A DNA stretch of 64,000 nucleotides from an uncultured virus (IMG/VR IMGVR_UViG_3300033069_000905) (IMGVR_UViG_3300033069_000905:62001-126000), one strand, 5' to 3'; numbered from the stretch's first letter, positions 22,201-30,776 are shown. Translations and numbers: made by a program. Notes: generated by a model from the sequence alone, not told the origin.

Positions 22201-25200
22201 TAAGCTGAGTAAGAACATCCAGCTTAGCGGCATTTTCATCTATCAGCTTTTGCCATTCGCGCTGAGCAACAATAATTTCCCCTGTTGTCTTGGCAGAATC
22301 AATAAAGTTTTCGTAGGCTTGAGTAACACGCTGAATACTAGCGTCAGCGCCATACATATTCTTTGAAAACGCATCAACCTCAAGACGTGCTTCTTTCAGG
22401 TTCGACATCAACCCAATAGACACAGGTGCCCCATAGTTGAAGATGGTCTGATCTTGCCCTGTTTGTTTCCGCGTGTTCTGTAGATCAGTTACATCCAGCC
22501 TGTTTTGGTTCTCTATGCCCTTTTGGAAGGCTTCCTTATCCGCCTTGGACGTTATTAGTTTTTTGACACCCGGCGTCAGCTTGTCCTTGTTTTCTTCTTC
22601 ATACTTTTCTAATGCTTCGTTAGCGGCCTTTGCTTCTTCCTTGGCTGTTCTGATTTGTTCCTTGAGTTCATCCGACTTCTCTTGGTCACCTACGTTGTAG
22701 GATGCCTTGAGTTGCTGCACGATCTTCCCTTGTTGGTACTCAAGGTATATTTTCTTTTCTTCGGCGTCCCGCTTGGTTTTGTATAGACCGCTGTATTCCT
22801 TGGACTCAGGTAGTTCAAGATGTGCTTCGTCTTTTTGGGATTCAGCATACGCTTTGTTGCGATCCGCAATACGGTTCTTTAGCTGTTCCTTCTTTTCGTT
22901 GTCACCAGAGAACCAGCTATGGATGGTGTCTTTAATGTTCATTGCTGTGTGGGCAATAACATCGAAGACCTTACCAATCTTTTCAACACCCCCACCAAAG
23001 ACAAGCCAATACCCTGCCAAACCTATAATTATCCCCGGAATACCGCCAAGCAGCGACCAGATTCCCTTGATGATTCCGCCGACAACAGTAAATGCCTTTC
23101 CTAGCACCCCTACAGCGCCTGTTGCGCTTATTACAGCCGGAGCTATGGTGCTGGCAGCGTTAGCAACGTTAGACGCGCCAGACGCCTCTGCTGTGACTGT
23201 AGGTGCTTTTGTTGGGGAGCGTGAGGCTACTACGGGAACAAGGCTCAGTGCGTTATCTACAGGGCGTGGGCGATAGCCTAGTGCCGCACTAGCACGCTGT
23301 CCGCTGAAACTGCCCCCATCGTTAACCAATTTACCCGCAGGGTTGTATTGCGTGTATCCAAGATTTCCGTTTGGATTATTCAGTGCGGCATTAACACTAG
23401 CCGACATGATATTGACGGGTTGCTTAGGACGCTCTACAGCTTTTACTTTAGCGGCAACATCAACGGGATATACAGTTGGCTGTGTTGGCACTTTAACGGG
23501 TGTCTTTTGTGCTACAGACCCTGTAGGCGTCGTTTGCAGTGCTGCTTTATTAGTGTTTTGGACTTCACCGGCAACCATGCTCAGCGGATTCTTTAACGCC
23601 GCAGCACGTGAAACAGCCATCCGTTCATACGCTATCGCTGTGGCATTAACTGCCCCAGCCAGACGCCCTGTGGCTGTTGCTTCGCCTGTAATGGCGATTT
23701 CAGCTTTCGTGGACGCAGCCGCATGTGCCGTGGTTGCTTTGACCTTGGCTTCGTCCGTAGCAACCTGTTCTTTGTCATGGGCTAACTCACCCTTAGCTTT
23801 GCCTCCCCAAGATTTACCTTCAGCGAGATTTCCAAAGCCTTTTTTAGCCGTATCCTTGGCATTAGCAAAGAATGAGACACCAGCCTGAGCCGCTTTAAAG
23901 GCAATATAGGCTTTGGCTAGCGTGGTTATTTCTTGCCGGTAGGAAACGAGTGTTTCAAGACCCTTTCTAATATTTCTTGCGACAAGGCCAACACCGTCAC
24001 TGAATCCCGTAGACCCATGGTGCGCTGCGTTGTATTCTTCGGTCAACGTCCGTAAGTTGCGCAGGAAAATGGTTAGCTCAGTAACCACCTGAGAATACGC
24101 AGGGAGCATGGCATGTTGCAGTGTCTCCGCAGCTTCTTCCTGATAACGTGCGAGCGATGACGCTTGTTTCCCCACGTCACCCATCGCAGCTTCATAAATG
24201 CCTGACAGCGATGCCGCCCTTTCCAATGTTAGATTCAGAAGGGCTTGTTTCTTCTCAACTTCGGTTAGTGACGATACAGAACGTCCTTGCTGTGCAGCAA
24301 ATTTTTGTTGTGCTTCTTCGTTGGTCACACTGATACCGCGCCAGCGCAGCATCATAATGGACTGCTCACTAATCGCTTCAGTCAACCCACGGAAAGTGTC
24401 GGAAGAATTTTCACCAGAGATAACCGCTAAGTCTTGTGCTGCTCGGGCTAGCTTAGCCGCACCTTCCAAAGCAAGGCCAGACTTGATGAATTCAGTCAAG
24501 GATGTTCGTGATGCAGATGCCGTAATGCCAAGCGATTGAACCTTTTTATCGGCGGCATCTACTTCTGACGCCATGTATCCTGCATTAGCACCGACCATGT
24601 GAACCACGGTACCAAGACGCTCTACTTCAGCCGCTTCACCCGCCATTTCTTCAAACAGCTTAACGCCTTGCAGAAGCAGGTAGCCTCTGCCTAAAACTTT
24701 TATTAGATTCGAAAGTTTTTCAAGGGCTTCGTTGGACGCACCAACACCTTCTTTCAGTTCACCAAAACCCTCTGTAAGCGCATGGACACCACTGGCACCG
24801 GGTATGTCATGGACTTTAGGTGCCCCCGGAGAAGCGTGACCTTCTTGTTCGGGGATATGCTGCAACAGCTTGGAAATAAACCCCGCAGGAGCGGCCTGAC
24901 CCGGAACAGTTGGTTGGGTAGCGGTAGGAACCGATGCTGCTGTGTTCTTCTCTGCGTGGGTTTCGTCTTTCCTATCAACCTTTTGTTGAACTACCGTCTG
25001 ATGTTCAATCACACTGGACGAATTGGTTGATTCTTTATTTACCAGTCTAGGAACAATCAACCCAGAAGCATCTACCGTGGTGTACTGGTTCCCACGGAAA
25101 GGGTGACCAACAGCGTCCCCACCATGACCCACGGCTTTTTGCTCATTTGCCGTAGCTGATGCTTTGTTTACTAACGCCTTATTTGTTGGTGCTGCTATTG

Positions 25201-25450
25201 CTTTTTCTGTGCTACTGGCTATAGCGTCAAGCTGGCTCTGTACGCTAGACAGTGCAGGGGCTACAGCCCTGCCTATACCTACGAGGGACGACTCTAACCG
25301 CGCTACTAAATCAGCAACGCCAGCGATATTCTTCTTTATGCCGTCAAAGGCTCCCCCCAGACCGACTATAGCCGCGTTTATTTTCTTTACTGTGGGGGTG
25401 AATCCATCAACTGCCTTAAGCAGTATCTGTACTTCTTGCGTAATTGCCAT
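16271..25450 (-). CDS. Tail tape measure protein (3059 aa)
   Basis: N-terminal VQILLKAVDGFT; LARAAQDLAVISG core; hydrophobic segment; long coiled coil; two A(L)xSHGEF domains; position after the tail chaperone. Confidence 0.9.
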   Translation of the reverse strand: MAITQEVQILLKAVDGFTPTVKKINAAIVGLGGAFDGIKKNIAGVADLVARLESSLVGIGRAVAPALSSVQSQLDAIASSTEKAIAAPTNKALVNKASATANEQKAVGHGGDAVGHPFRGNQYTTVDASGLIVPRLVNKESTNSSSVIEHQTVVQQKVDRKDETHAEKNTAASVPTATQPTVPGQAAPAGFISKLLQHIPEQEGHASPGAPKVHDIPGASGVHALTEGFGELKEGVGASNEALEKLSNLIKVLGRGYLLLQGVKLFEEMAGEAAEVERLGTVVHMVGANAGYMASEVDAADKKVQSLGITASASRTSLTEFIKSGLALEGAAKLARAAQDLAVISGENSSDTFRGLTEAISEQSIMMLRWRGISVTNEEAQQKFAAQQGRSVSSLTEVEKKQALLNLTLERAASLSGIYEAAMGDVGKQASSLARYQEEAAETLQHAMLPAYSQVVTELTIFLRNLRTLTEEYNAAHHGSTGFSDGVGLVARNIRKGLETLVSYRQEITTLAKAYIAFKAAQAGVSFFANAKDTAKKGFGNLAEGKSWGGKAKGELAHDKEQVATDEAKVKATTAHAAASTKAEIAITGEATATGRLAGAVNATAIAYERMAVSRAAALKNPLSMVAGEVQNTNKAALQTTPTGSVAQKTPVKVPTQPTVYPVDVAAKVKAVERPKQPVNIMSASVNAALNNPNGNLGYTQYNPAGKLVNDGGSFSGQRASAALGYRPRPVDNALSLVPVVASRSPTKAPTVTAEASGASNVANAASTIAPAVISATGAVGVLGKAFTVVGGIIKGIWSLLGGIPGIIIGLAGYWLVFGGGVEKIGKVFDVIAHTAMNIKDTIHSWFSGDNEKKEQLKNRIADRNKAYAESQKDEAHLELPESKEYSGLYKTKRDAEEKKIYLEYQQGKIVQQLKASYNVGDQEKSDELKEQIRTAKEEAKAANEALEKYEEENKDKLTPGVKKLITSKADKEAFQKGIENQNRLDVTDLQNTRKQTGQDQTIFNYGAPVSIGLMSNLKEARLEVDAFSKNMYGADASIQRVTQAYENFIDSAKTTGEIIVAQREWQKLIDENAAKLDVLTQLKGGASKEKAGASPKEAALFKATSESITDEANKSGETPDEIIAKRIKAAEALKSGFTDFGNPLKASQKREEELKASPEKAKAYYDELVKTGEISKEVATSFDGNLDGQIDLALGHAAGLTKEFERLGATVQSLSAEKAAFNAWELAIDELTKKTEYFAKQIAKVKELNDAQFQLETSALSGAEFKGDKTSTVMASINVEAERIKYERAMAYIKLTADKRKAVSTVSTQTGLDSDSTKKETTLANERETYEKSLKAYREEHKAEIEGTPEKAKDSHGTEGKKNSGFFNILVNGYNVKDDKVVAGVVEAKEKGKVEVPEAAKKPATPEVKAATAPTPPVATTTKKEGSGVEDVIRNTEEKKKALEERLVKEGKGRELEIYTAEQKLTELKKAKDKVLATESAKTKEDAETKVVEQEKKVAELKDALARDKKFASAAYVTNRLESLNAKPVSELTASEKEEKTQLTQANAKGVDTTGTKSLTLEGTSSDKAQLDKYNFVLENAEKQKKSEDKYKKEAATREDSASTNAKESKANLEEKAGISALALDADSAKDRLKVSQNYYDALRKQLDIYYAGYTAKVESMRDIHKGEIDLATTLVNQRHGDVIAGEQMKFNPLKENIYSAEAAQGQAKLGAEGAKYEENLSALKKSEDKQKEMVNKGDATPHDKQLQLNQIEAEGITKRLALNKDYFSQLNSLREDALAKAKQHAQAAVDFEKQARDTILEGNKTLREMNRTNMSAPDKYIDQKKEYAEAMSRGEEMRKAGDFKAAEKQFQSAQGMASGLLNSDAVDPLTAKREAMERHAAATQSLVGVQTEQGSIERAGEASQMATVQNVTETMSRLSESMHELATNAEVKLNPKLDEAAIADIQKQLNGVTADHTADIKVALNNESVDALYKSVQGALDNHTFSVNIEEANVKGSNSRSAKSTDESGDRIAKADGGLIQGVGTGTSDSIPALLSHGEFVVKRDATDHYGTEFLSLLNSRALRFSEGGVVEGKRKEGIAGWLFHQKYTAEDVENSKTVKKSILKESQHEDLLNRALSSETTRRAQIAQAAAYSNYSLGGLVSHFDSGGDSGELLPGQVMYKGKPTWASQVPSEPKKKEGFFGSLFSKVGSTDEKKPAVGSTHVEPAHAQGTVLGNKDELQKVANYAEGGDVKLEPGQVLYNGKAVWASQVPRDSNKKEGLFSRILNSLTPKESEPKSDDSGFLGGLLGKSLESDDRRMARTVAAANYADGGGVGDSASWGGETTRFNRLSSDEPKKSSTTTTSTTKTINSNTGRTKEADGHGILGSVARHLELKDIVKSGRALTNADLAAKDPSDKNVAAPSSSKGYSEVKASDNWFNALKSAHKRSEAEDIWNEYQTARIARSNHYDNFGSSHTTSSTGTRVTARDLGGLYASGGDVVNPTLVKYAGGGLVGFNTGTTPEKLAEAEKQRRLTAGQPASNPTATPAADPSGALLAIQLSKGWSNDLAAASAYGLEPLTPKSVTQTVSNASVVNTNKDEATVKRTPSVLGSAARHTSLVDAVKSGRALTSSDLADDASSGKMAAVASSSTGYNEVKASDQWFNKLKSNRKRSEAEEIWNDYQSARIQRSNHYDNFGSSHTTSSTGERVTARDLGGMYAEGGIVVPPMLSLMDRFAEGGIAQRTGEYWAHDNEEFEKSHPNPLQQLGRLLNPITGFGSALGTVHKAAGEGDLLGLGMGILGALPVFGSAVHGARGMKLTADLVKRASEHTLKDRTKEMVAENIKHQTHASLPIGDILERVKSVRGELPNLRNAPRAKRNYAQGDSNSLTDFISDSSNITKVLSSAYDKDKLKGTRYAQFAEGGDVVDRILTAFGLNGRLDRTAESVLGGKKKIYGDATSGIRGATGGMATPDGFINALVSHGEFRVNKDAVSHYGSGLFNAINDMSYSRFSDGGLAGAASDMLNAENLPNSGQTMTPSEMIELSVKIGEAKASKVQGSRDSIYNLVHSLRDLQDRSMT

Positions 25451-25507
25451 GAAAAAATCCCTGAGCGGTATCTACGGCAATTCTGACACAAGCAGACCTA
25501 ACCTAAC

Positions 25508-25882
25508 TTATTTTGACGCAGTATCAATAAATGCTTTATACGCTTTTCCATCTGCGTGGTAGGCAGCACGCATAGAGATAGAGGACTCGCACAGAAACAC
25601 CTTGTTCCTTAGACGGAACAACTCAGAAAACTTCTGAATCTGCTTAACGCTGTACTCTTTGATGTCAGACAGGGTGTGCCCCGCCGCAATCAGCATATCA
25701 ACAGCACTGCCCAAAGACTCGTCTACGTCTTCAATCAGGTTGTAGACTCGGGCGCGGCTTCCGGCAGGGTTTCTAATGTTGTATCGGGAGGGGTACTGTC
25801 TGGCTCTTGCTCTAGGCTGGGGCTTATTCCGACTTTCTGCAACCCTGCCATCGCCCCGGATAACAAGGACATCAGCTTTTTT
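25508..25882 (-). CDS. Tail assembly chaperone, -1 frameshift extension (gpGT-like C-terminal part)
   Basis: The -1 frame has no stop from slippery A-AAA-AAG (25882-25876) to 25508 and includes the 68-aa track ORF. Confidence 0.7.
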   Translation of the reverse strand, partial: KKADVLVIRGDGRVAESRNKPQPRARARQYPSRYNIRNPAGSRARVYNLIEDVDESLGSAVDMLIAAGHTLSDIKEYSVKQIQKFSELFRLRNKVFLCESSISMRAAYHADGKAYKAFIDTASK

Positions 25883-26214
25883 GGGTCAGGCACGCTCGCT
25901 GCCCATACACCAGCTAGTAGTTCTACTTGAGTGAAGCCGGGAAGATCACGAATATCAGCGATTTGATCTTCGGCGTTGATGCCAAACGCAATAATGTCTG
26001 CCGCCATTACGGGTGCCGTAGCTACCAGAGAAACCAAGTTCAAGCTCCCCTCAGCACTATCAGCAAACATGATGATCAAGTCTTGCCTATAGATCGTCAG
26101 CAGGTGGATAATCTGCGTTAAAGAAAGCGGATGCAATTCAACATTCACGCCATTGATCGGTATGAAAGTTTTCTCTGGGAATAGATCGGATACTTTGACG
26201 CCCATGCGCTTCAC
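25735..26214 (-). CDS. Tail assembly chaperone (gpG-like)
   Basis: Upstream of the tape measure; contains PDPKK encoded with CCA AAA AAG. Confidence 0.75.
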   Translation of the reverse strand: MKRMGVKVSDLFPEKTFIPINGVNVELHPLSLTQIIHLLTIYRQDLIIMFADSAEGSLNLVSLVATAPVMAADIIAFGINAEDQIADIRDLPGFTQVELLAGVWAASVPDPKKLMSLLSGAMAGLQKVGISPSLEQEPDSTPPDTTLETLPEAAPESTT

Positions 26215-26280
26215 CTGTGTTGTGTTATGGGAAAAACGCTAGCTTACCCTTGCGTGAAATTAATTGCAACAACAAACAGC

Positions 26281-26308
26281 TTGACAAACGTGGTCATTGC
26301 TGTATACT
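26281..26308 (+). promoter_or_regulatory. sigma70-type early promoter
   Basis: TTGACA-N16-TATACT, followed by ACGGAG SD and ATG at 26336. Confidence 0.7.
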
Positions 26309-26335
26309 GTAGTTATCTAATCAACGGAGTGATAC

Positions 26336-26596
26336 ATGAAAATCAAGACAATCCAATACTACACTGACCCCGGACACGGTTGGGGTAAAGTAAAGCGCTC
26401 GCTGCTTACCGACTTGGGCATAGCCGACAAGATTTCCAGCTATTCCTATCAACGTGGGGAGCATGTCTACCTTGAAGAAGACTGTGACCTGTCTGCACTT
26501 TGCAGGGCGTTGAGCGACAGGAACATCCCTGTCAAGTTCATCAACCACAACGCCAACAAGTCATCCAAGATCAGAAGCTACGAAAGATACAAATGA
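26336..26596 (+). CDS. Hypothetical early protein (DPGHGW motif)
   Basis: 86 aa, good SD, first gene of the plus-strand island. Confidence 0.7.
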   Translation: MKIKTIQYYTDPGHGWGKVKRSLLTDLGIADKISSYSYQRGEHVYLEEDCDLSALCRALSDRNIPVKFINHNANKSSKIRSYERYK

Positions 26597-27054
26597 CCAA
26601 AGCCCTTTTATTTGAAAATGTCCCCTGCGGTCGTTGCGGGGGGTCAGGACGTTACTCCTACAACCAGATGCACGGTGATCGTTGCTACGGTTGCGGGGGC
26701 AAGGGCGTCAAGCTGACCAAACGTGGTCGTGCTGCCCAAGACTACCTTAATGCGCTACGCTCAGTGCGTGCGGATGAAATCAAGGTCGGTGATCTTGTTC
26801 TATGTGAAGTGCTTTCATCAGCCAGCTTCAGCAGAGTCGATTCTATTGACATCGGTAACGCCAAAGAACAAGGGGTTTACAGTGGTGATGGTCAATACCA
26901 GCAAGTTAAGATCGTCACCAAAAAACTGATCAGCTACTTGTCCCCGAGTAGTAGCGTGCGTAAAGGCTTCACGGGTGAAGAAAAAGACGCCCAAGTAAAG
27001 CTGGCGTTGGCCTACCAAGAAACCTTGACCAAAGTAGGGAAACCTAAGAAGTAA
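26593..27054 (+). CDS. Zn-finger protein (DnaJ-like CxxCxGxG x2)
   Basis: CGRCGGSG and CYGCGGKG; the ATGA overlap supports a start at 26593. Confidence 0.7.
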   Translation: MTKALLFENVPCGRCGGSGRYSYNQMHGDRCYGCGGKGVKLTKRGRAAQDYLNALRSVRADEIKVGDLVLCEVLSSASFSRVDSIDIGNAKEQGVYSGDGQYQQVKIVTKKLISYLSPSSSVRKGFTGEEKDAQVKLALAYQETLTKVGKPKK

Positions 27055-27085
27055 GTTTTGGCAAACACTACAGGAGAATTTAAAC

Positions 27086-27268
27086 ATGCTACAGTATTCA
27101 GACAGAGAAACGGAGTTTTCTAAGACTTGGGTGAAGAACAACCCACAACTGTTCTCGGAAAACATTCTTAGCTTCATGGAACAACATCCGCAGGACTATT
27201 GGGATTACGCACTCATCCAAACCAAAGGGTATATCACGGTAAAAGCAACACTCAAAAGTAACTCTTGA
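27086..27268 (+). CDS. Hypothetical protein
   Basis: 60 aa with AGGAG SD. Confidence 0.55.
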   Translation: MLQYSDRETEFSKTWVKNNPQLFSENILSFMEQHPQDYWDYALIQTKGYITVKATLKSNS

Positions 27269-27293
27269 CAAACGGTGCTATAAAGTATATAGT
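27265..27293 (+). promoter_or_regulatory. sigma70-type early promoter
   Basis: TTGACA-N17-TATAGT upstream of GGAGG SD and ATG at 27326. Confidence 0.75.
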
Positions 27294-27325
27294 TACTACA
27301 TGAACTAACTGCCACGGAGGGCAAA

Positions 27326-27748
27326 ATGGCTTACATGAGCCAAGAGAAAAAGAAGGAAATTGCGGAACAACTGAAAAAGGTCGTCCCGAAAGGTTGGAAG
27401 TACAGCTTGGGCGTGAGGCACCACAGTACCCTCGTAATGACTATTCGTTCAGCGCCGGTTGATTTGATTGATGAGCATAACCGTGCGGTGTACGCTAAGA
27501 ACCCCGGCTATCGAGCCGATAGTCAAAACTACGTCGGGCGGGATAGGCTAGCAGAAGACAACTTCAGCGTTAACGTGTATCACGAACCTATGATGCTGGA
27601 AAACAAAGAAGTCTTTCAGAAAATCCTGAAGGTGCTGAATACCGGCAACTATGACAACTCGGATATTCAAACGGATTATTTCGAGTGTGGATTTTACGTC
27701 GACCTTAAAGTCGGTGAGTGGGACAAGCCGTTTATTGTGAAGGACTAA
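27326..27748 (+). CDS. Hypothetical early phage protein
   Basis: 140 aa, MAYMSQEKKKEIA...YDNSDIQTDYF; strong SD. Confidence 0.7.
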   Translation: MAYMSQEKKKEIAEQLKKVVPKGWKYSLGVRHHSTLVMTIRSAPVDLIDEHNRAVYAKNPGYRADSQNYVGRDRLAEDNFSVNVYHEPMMLENKEVFQKILKVLNTGNYDNSDIQTDYFECGFYVDLKVGEWDKPFIVKD

Positions 27749-27750
27749 TC

Positions 27751-27996
27751 ATGGAAAACCTTAAAGAACTGACGATCTACCAACTGGCTCAACTCATCCG
27801 CAAGGATTGGGGGGATAAAGTTCATCCTGCGGCTAAACCCTATCTGCAAGCGATGATTGAAATTATCAACATCGAAGACAAGTACGGTTGCGATAGTGCC
27901 AAGAGCATCGTCCTCTACTTCCTGAATAACGCGGGGACATGGCGTGGTGAGACAGCTAAAGCTGTCAAAGCCGAACTGAAACGCCGCTGCAAGTAA
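27751..27996 (+). CDS. Hypothetical early phage protein
   Basis: IRKDW...AKPYLQAM...YFLNNAGTWRGETAKAVKAEL; AGGA SD. Confidence 0.7.
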   Translation: MENLKELTIYQLAQLIRKDWGDKVHPAAKPYLQAMIEIINIEDKYGCDSAKSIVLYFLNNAGTWRGETAKAVKAELKRRCK

Positions 27997-28014
27997 CTGC
28001 AAAGCACCAAAAAC

Positions 28015-28038
28015 AAAAGCCCCGTGAAGGGGCTTTTT
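28015..28038. terminator. Bidirectional rho-independent terminator
   Basis: AAAAGCCCC-GTGAA-GGGGCTTTTT between convergent genes. Confidence 0.85.
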
Positions 28039-28059
28039 GGTTGGTGGCAGAACCGAAGG

Positions 28060-28722
28060 TTAAGCGGTCTTGTTGAACCAGAACAGCGTAACCGACTTGC
28101 CCGTGAGGTTCGTCGTGGACTTGATGCTTCCTGTAGCCGTTCCGCCTGTGAGCGTACCAGCGCCCGTCACAGCAACGTTGGTAGCCGCTTCAGTCAGGGT
28201 GATCGCATTGCCAGCAGTTCCATCGACAACAGCCGTTACCGTAACGACACCTAGAGCCGACGTAGCCACAACACCCGCATCAACAGCAACCTTGGTGGTT
28301 TCGTAAGCATTGATTGCCGCAGCCGCAGCCGTAGCCATCGTGGTGTTGTTGCCAGCCGTGATCAGAACCTGCTTCGGGCCAGTAACCGCAGCCTTGAAGG
28401 TGTAAGTTACGCCATTGACAACGAACGTTTCATTAGCAACCGGGTTGCCAGAAATGGTGATCGTGCCGAAAGCCTTGGTGGATTGAATCGTCACGTTGGC
28501 CGTATCATCGGCCAGAGCGCCGCCAGCATCCGTAGAGACAACCGCCGAAATAACCGTGTCTTCAGTGCGAAGCGCAGCAACGTTCATCGCCGTACCAGCA
28601 GCCGCACCAGCGACAACGGAGATATTCAAGCCTTGGAGTTCTTGAAGAACCTTGGCAAGCGTTCCATCATTAACAACAGAACCCGCTACGCCGAAGTCCT
28701 TTCCTACTGTTTGGAGAGACAT
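28060..28722 (-). CDS. Virion structural/decoration protein
   Basis: A/T/V/G-rich beta protein (GTITISGNPVANETFVVNGVTYTF) with high-expression codon usage, after the tail tube gene. Confidence 0.6.
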   Translation of the reverse strand: MSLQTVGKDFGVAGSVVNDGTLAKVLQELQGLNISVVAGAAAGTAMNVAALRTEDTVISAVVSTDAGGALADDTANVTIQSTKAFGTITISGNPVANETFVVNGVTYTFKAAVTGPKQVLITAGNNTTMATAAAAAINAYETTKVAVDAGVVATSALGVVTVTAVVDGTAGNAITLTEAATNVAVTGAGTLTGGTATGSIKSTTNLTGKSVTLFWFNKTA

Positions 28723-28806
28723 AATATTTTCCTTTGTTCAGTTGAAAAGAAAGGCCGCAAAGCTATACAGCAGAGCAGCCTATCCTTTTAGGCAGAAGCC
28801 GCTAGC

Positions 28807-29580
28807 TTAGGCCAGCATGCGGGTAGCGAAGTAGCGTGACTTGCCGGACGGTTGTGACAGGTCGGCCAGAACCGTTCCTTCAAGAGCGAAGGCGTTAACC
28901 TTGTCGCCAATCAAGTCAAGTTCCTTCAGCGGGTCGGTGCTGAACTTGAACACGTCGATAACAACAGGCTTGTTGGTGTCGGCGCTGTTCAGACCTTCGA
29001 AGCGCATCCAAATGGTTTGCATCGGTTCGGTCAGGGCTTCAACTTGGTTCTGAGTAGCAAAGGTGTAATTCACAACGCAATCTTCACCAGCCGTCACACC
29101 ACCCGTGCCGCCTTCAAGCCACTTGATAGAACCAGCTTCCAGATTCACTTCGTAGTCATCGCCAGCCGTCAATGAAGCAGACGGAGTGACCGTCTTGACA
29201 GTAACCGCAGACACTTTGATGTGTTGCAGCGGCATGATGAAGCCCGGATAAGCCTTAACAGCTTCTGCTGTAACCGTTGAGCCAGTCACCGCAGCCGTCT
29301 TGCCACGAAGGGCTTGAGCGAGGTTCTTCGCGCTGAAGTTTTCGATGGTCATCATCAGGTTAGCTTTGATTTCCGTGGTCAAACGCAAGTCAATAGCACG
29401 TGCGCCTGTGGTCGTTTCCTTGTGCTCAACGGTCGACGTATTAACCGACAACTTGAGTTCGGAGACGTTACCGACTTCGATCAAGCCAGCAGGTTTCGCG
29501 TTTGCGCCGGATGTGTCGCGGGGGCCAATCATAACAACGCCTTGACCAGAGTAGTAATTCGATACTGTTTCCCATGCCAT
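28807..29580 (-). CDS. Major tail tube protein
   Basis: YYSGQGVVMIG...VGNVSELKL...RFEGLN...LDLIGD...LEGTVLAD pattern of siphovirus tail tubes. Confidence 0.85.
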   Translation of the reverse strand: MAWETVSNYYSGQGVVMIGPRDTSGANAKPAGLIEVGNVSELKLSVNTSTVEHKETTTGARAIDLRLTTEIKANLMMTIENFSAKNLAQALRGKTAAVTGSTVTAEAVKAYPGFIMPLQHIKVSAVTVKTVTPSASLTAGDDYEVNLEAGSIKWLEGGTGGVTAGEDCVVNYTFATQNQVEALTEPMQTIWMRFEGLNSADTNKPVVIDVFKFSTDPLKELDLIGDKVNAFALEGTVLADLSQPSGKSRYFATRMLA

Positions 29581-29601
29581 GTCAGATACTCCTGAAAAAA
29601 A

Positions 29602-29916
29602 TTAATTACCTTGTGCTTCGGTAGGCTCGCTAGGAGCATCGGAAGCGATAGACGCTTTACCCCAAAAAGACTTCTTCTGGGGAGCCACGTAGTCGCTTGT
29701 TTCTTTGGCAGGAACGAGAGTAACCTCTTGGGTCACAGATGCTCCTACAACAGCGTCAGCGATGTCGCACGTTACCACCTTAAGATCAACCAACCAGTTA
29801 TACTGATCTAGGTCTAACTCGATGATAGAACCTACAGGAAGTAGTTTCCCTGCGTGTTCATGCTCTTTTAAAAGTTTAGCTTTCATGGTATGCAATCCTA
29901 ACAGAAGAAAACGCAC
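29602..29916 (-). CDS. Hypothetical protein
   Basis: ORF in the late operon; probable start at MKAKLLK. Confidence 0.55.
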   Translation of the reverse strand: MRFLLLGLHTMKAKLLKEHEHAGKLLPVGSIIELDLDQYNWLVDLKVVTCDIADAVVGASVTQEVTLVPAKETSDYVAPQKKSFWGKASIASDAPSEPTEAQGN

Positions 29917-29934
29917 CTAATATTTACGCTATAA

Positions 29935-30369
29935 TTAAGCCAGCATAATAGGGGTGCTGAACCGAATGTAATAACCAAAAGCCCCATCAATATCTACAAC
30001 AGGGGATTCAACAAGGAACTTCCAGAAGTGACCAGACGGGGATCGTGTCTTGAGTATCTTCCCACGAACGGTATCCACCAGTTTTATGGCTTCTGCTTTG
30101 TAATCCACATTACCGAAAGATGATCCCCCGACCAACACCAGCACAGCACAGTAGAAATCAGCCGACAAGCCCATAGCTGTTTTTCCGTCCATAGCGTCGG
30201 GCTTCGCCCTGATACCTTCGTAGATGATTCCCGCTGCGGGATAAGTGATCTTGGCTGTGCGCTTCAGCATATCCTCTTGCGTGTAGACGAAGAAGGTATT
30301 CTGAGTTAACGTAGCGACAGCTTGAATTTTGGTCTGCAAATCAAGAACGCAGTCTGTTGCCGTCGTCAT
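29935..30369 (-). CDS. Tail terminator-like protein
   Basis: 144 aa, YPAAGIIYEG; position before the tail tube gene. Confidence 0.6.
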   Translation of the reverse strand: MTTATDCVLDLQTKIQAVATLTQNTFFVYTQEDMLKRTAKITYPAAGIIYEGIRAKPDAMDGKTAMGLSADFYCAVLVLVGGSSFGNVDYKAEAIKLVDTVRGKILKTRSPSGHFWKFLVESPVVDIDGAFGYYIRFSTPIMLA

Positions 30370-30776
30370 TTTATGTACGCCTTAAATCGAATATCCATAA
30401 GACCTTGCAGAGCAACAAAATCGGAGTCGGAAACGCCCAAGAAGTCGCGCCTCTCCATACCCATCAAACCGAACTCATGCTGTGCTGCGTAGGGGACGTT
30501 GGTTCCGATTGACCGTGTATTCTCATCCACCCTAACTGTAGCCAGACTGCGGAACAGGTCGCCTGTGTCATATAGTGTGCCCCCCGGTATACCGCGTATC
30601 TTTCTACGCAGTGCGGCTTTTGACGGCACCCACTTCTCACCATCGGGGGATACCTGCTGTAAGAAACGGGTGAGATTGCCGTGAAGAATCATGGACGCGG
30701 CATCATCCAAAAGCAGTTCTGTGTCGATGGTGAGGTCTACTGCTAGAGGGGGGATAAGCGCCTCAAAGGATAGCAT
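30366..30776 (-). CDS. Virion morphogenesis/tail completion protein (P2 gpS / Mu gpG family)
   Basis: SPDGEKW...LYDTGDLFRS...IGTNVPYAAQHEFG...RDFLGVS. Confidence 0.85.
   Translation of the reverse strand: MLSFEALIPPLAVDLTIDTELLLDDAASMILHGNLTRFLQQVSPDGEKWVPSKAALRRKIRGIPGGTLYDTGDLFRSLATVRVDENTRSIGTNVPYAAQHEFGLMGMERRDFLGVSDSDFVALQGLMDIRFKAYIK

Noticed and set aside
20592..23888. Several 160-190-aa antisense ORFs in the tape measure
   Set aside because: S/F/L-rich mirror of a K/E/A-rich coiled-coil gene.
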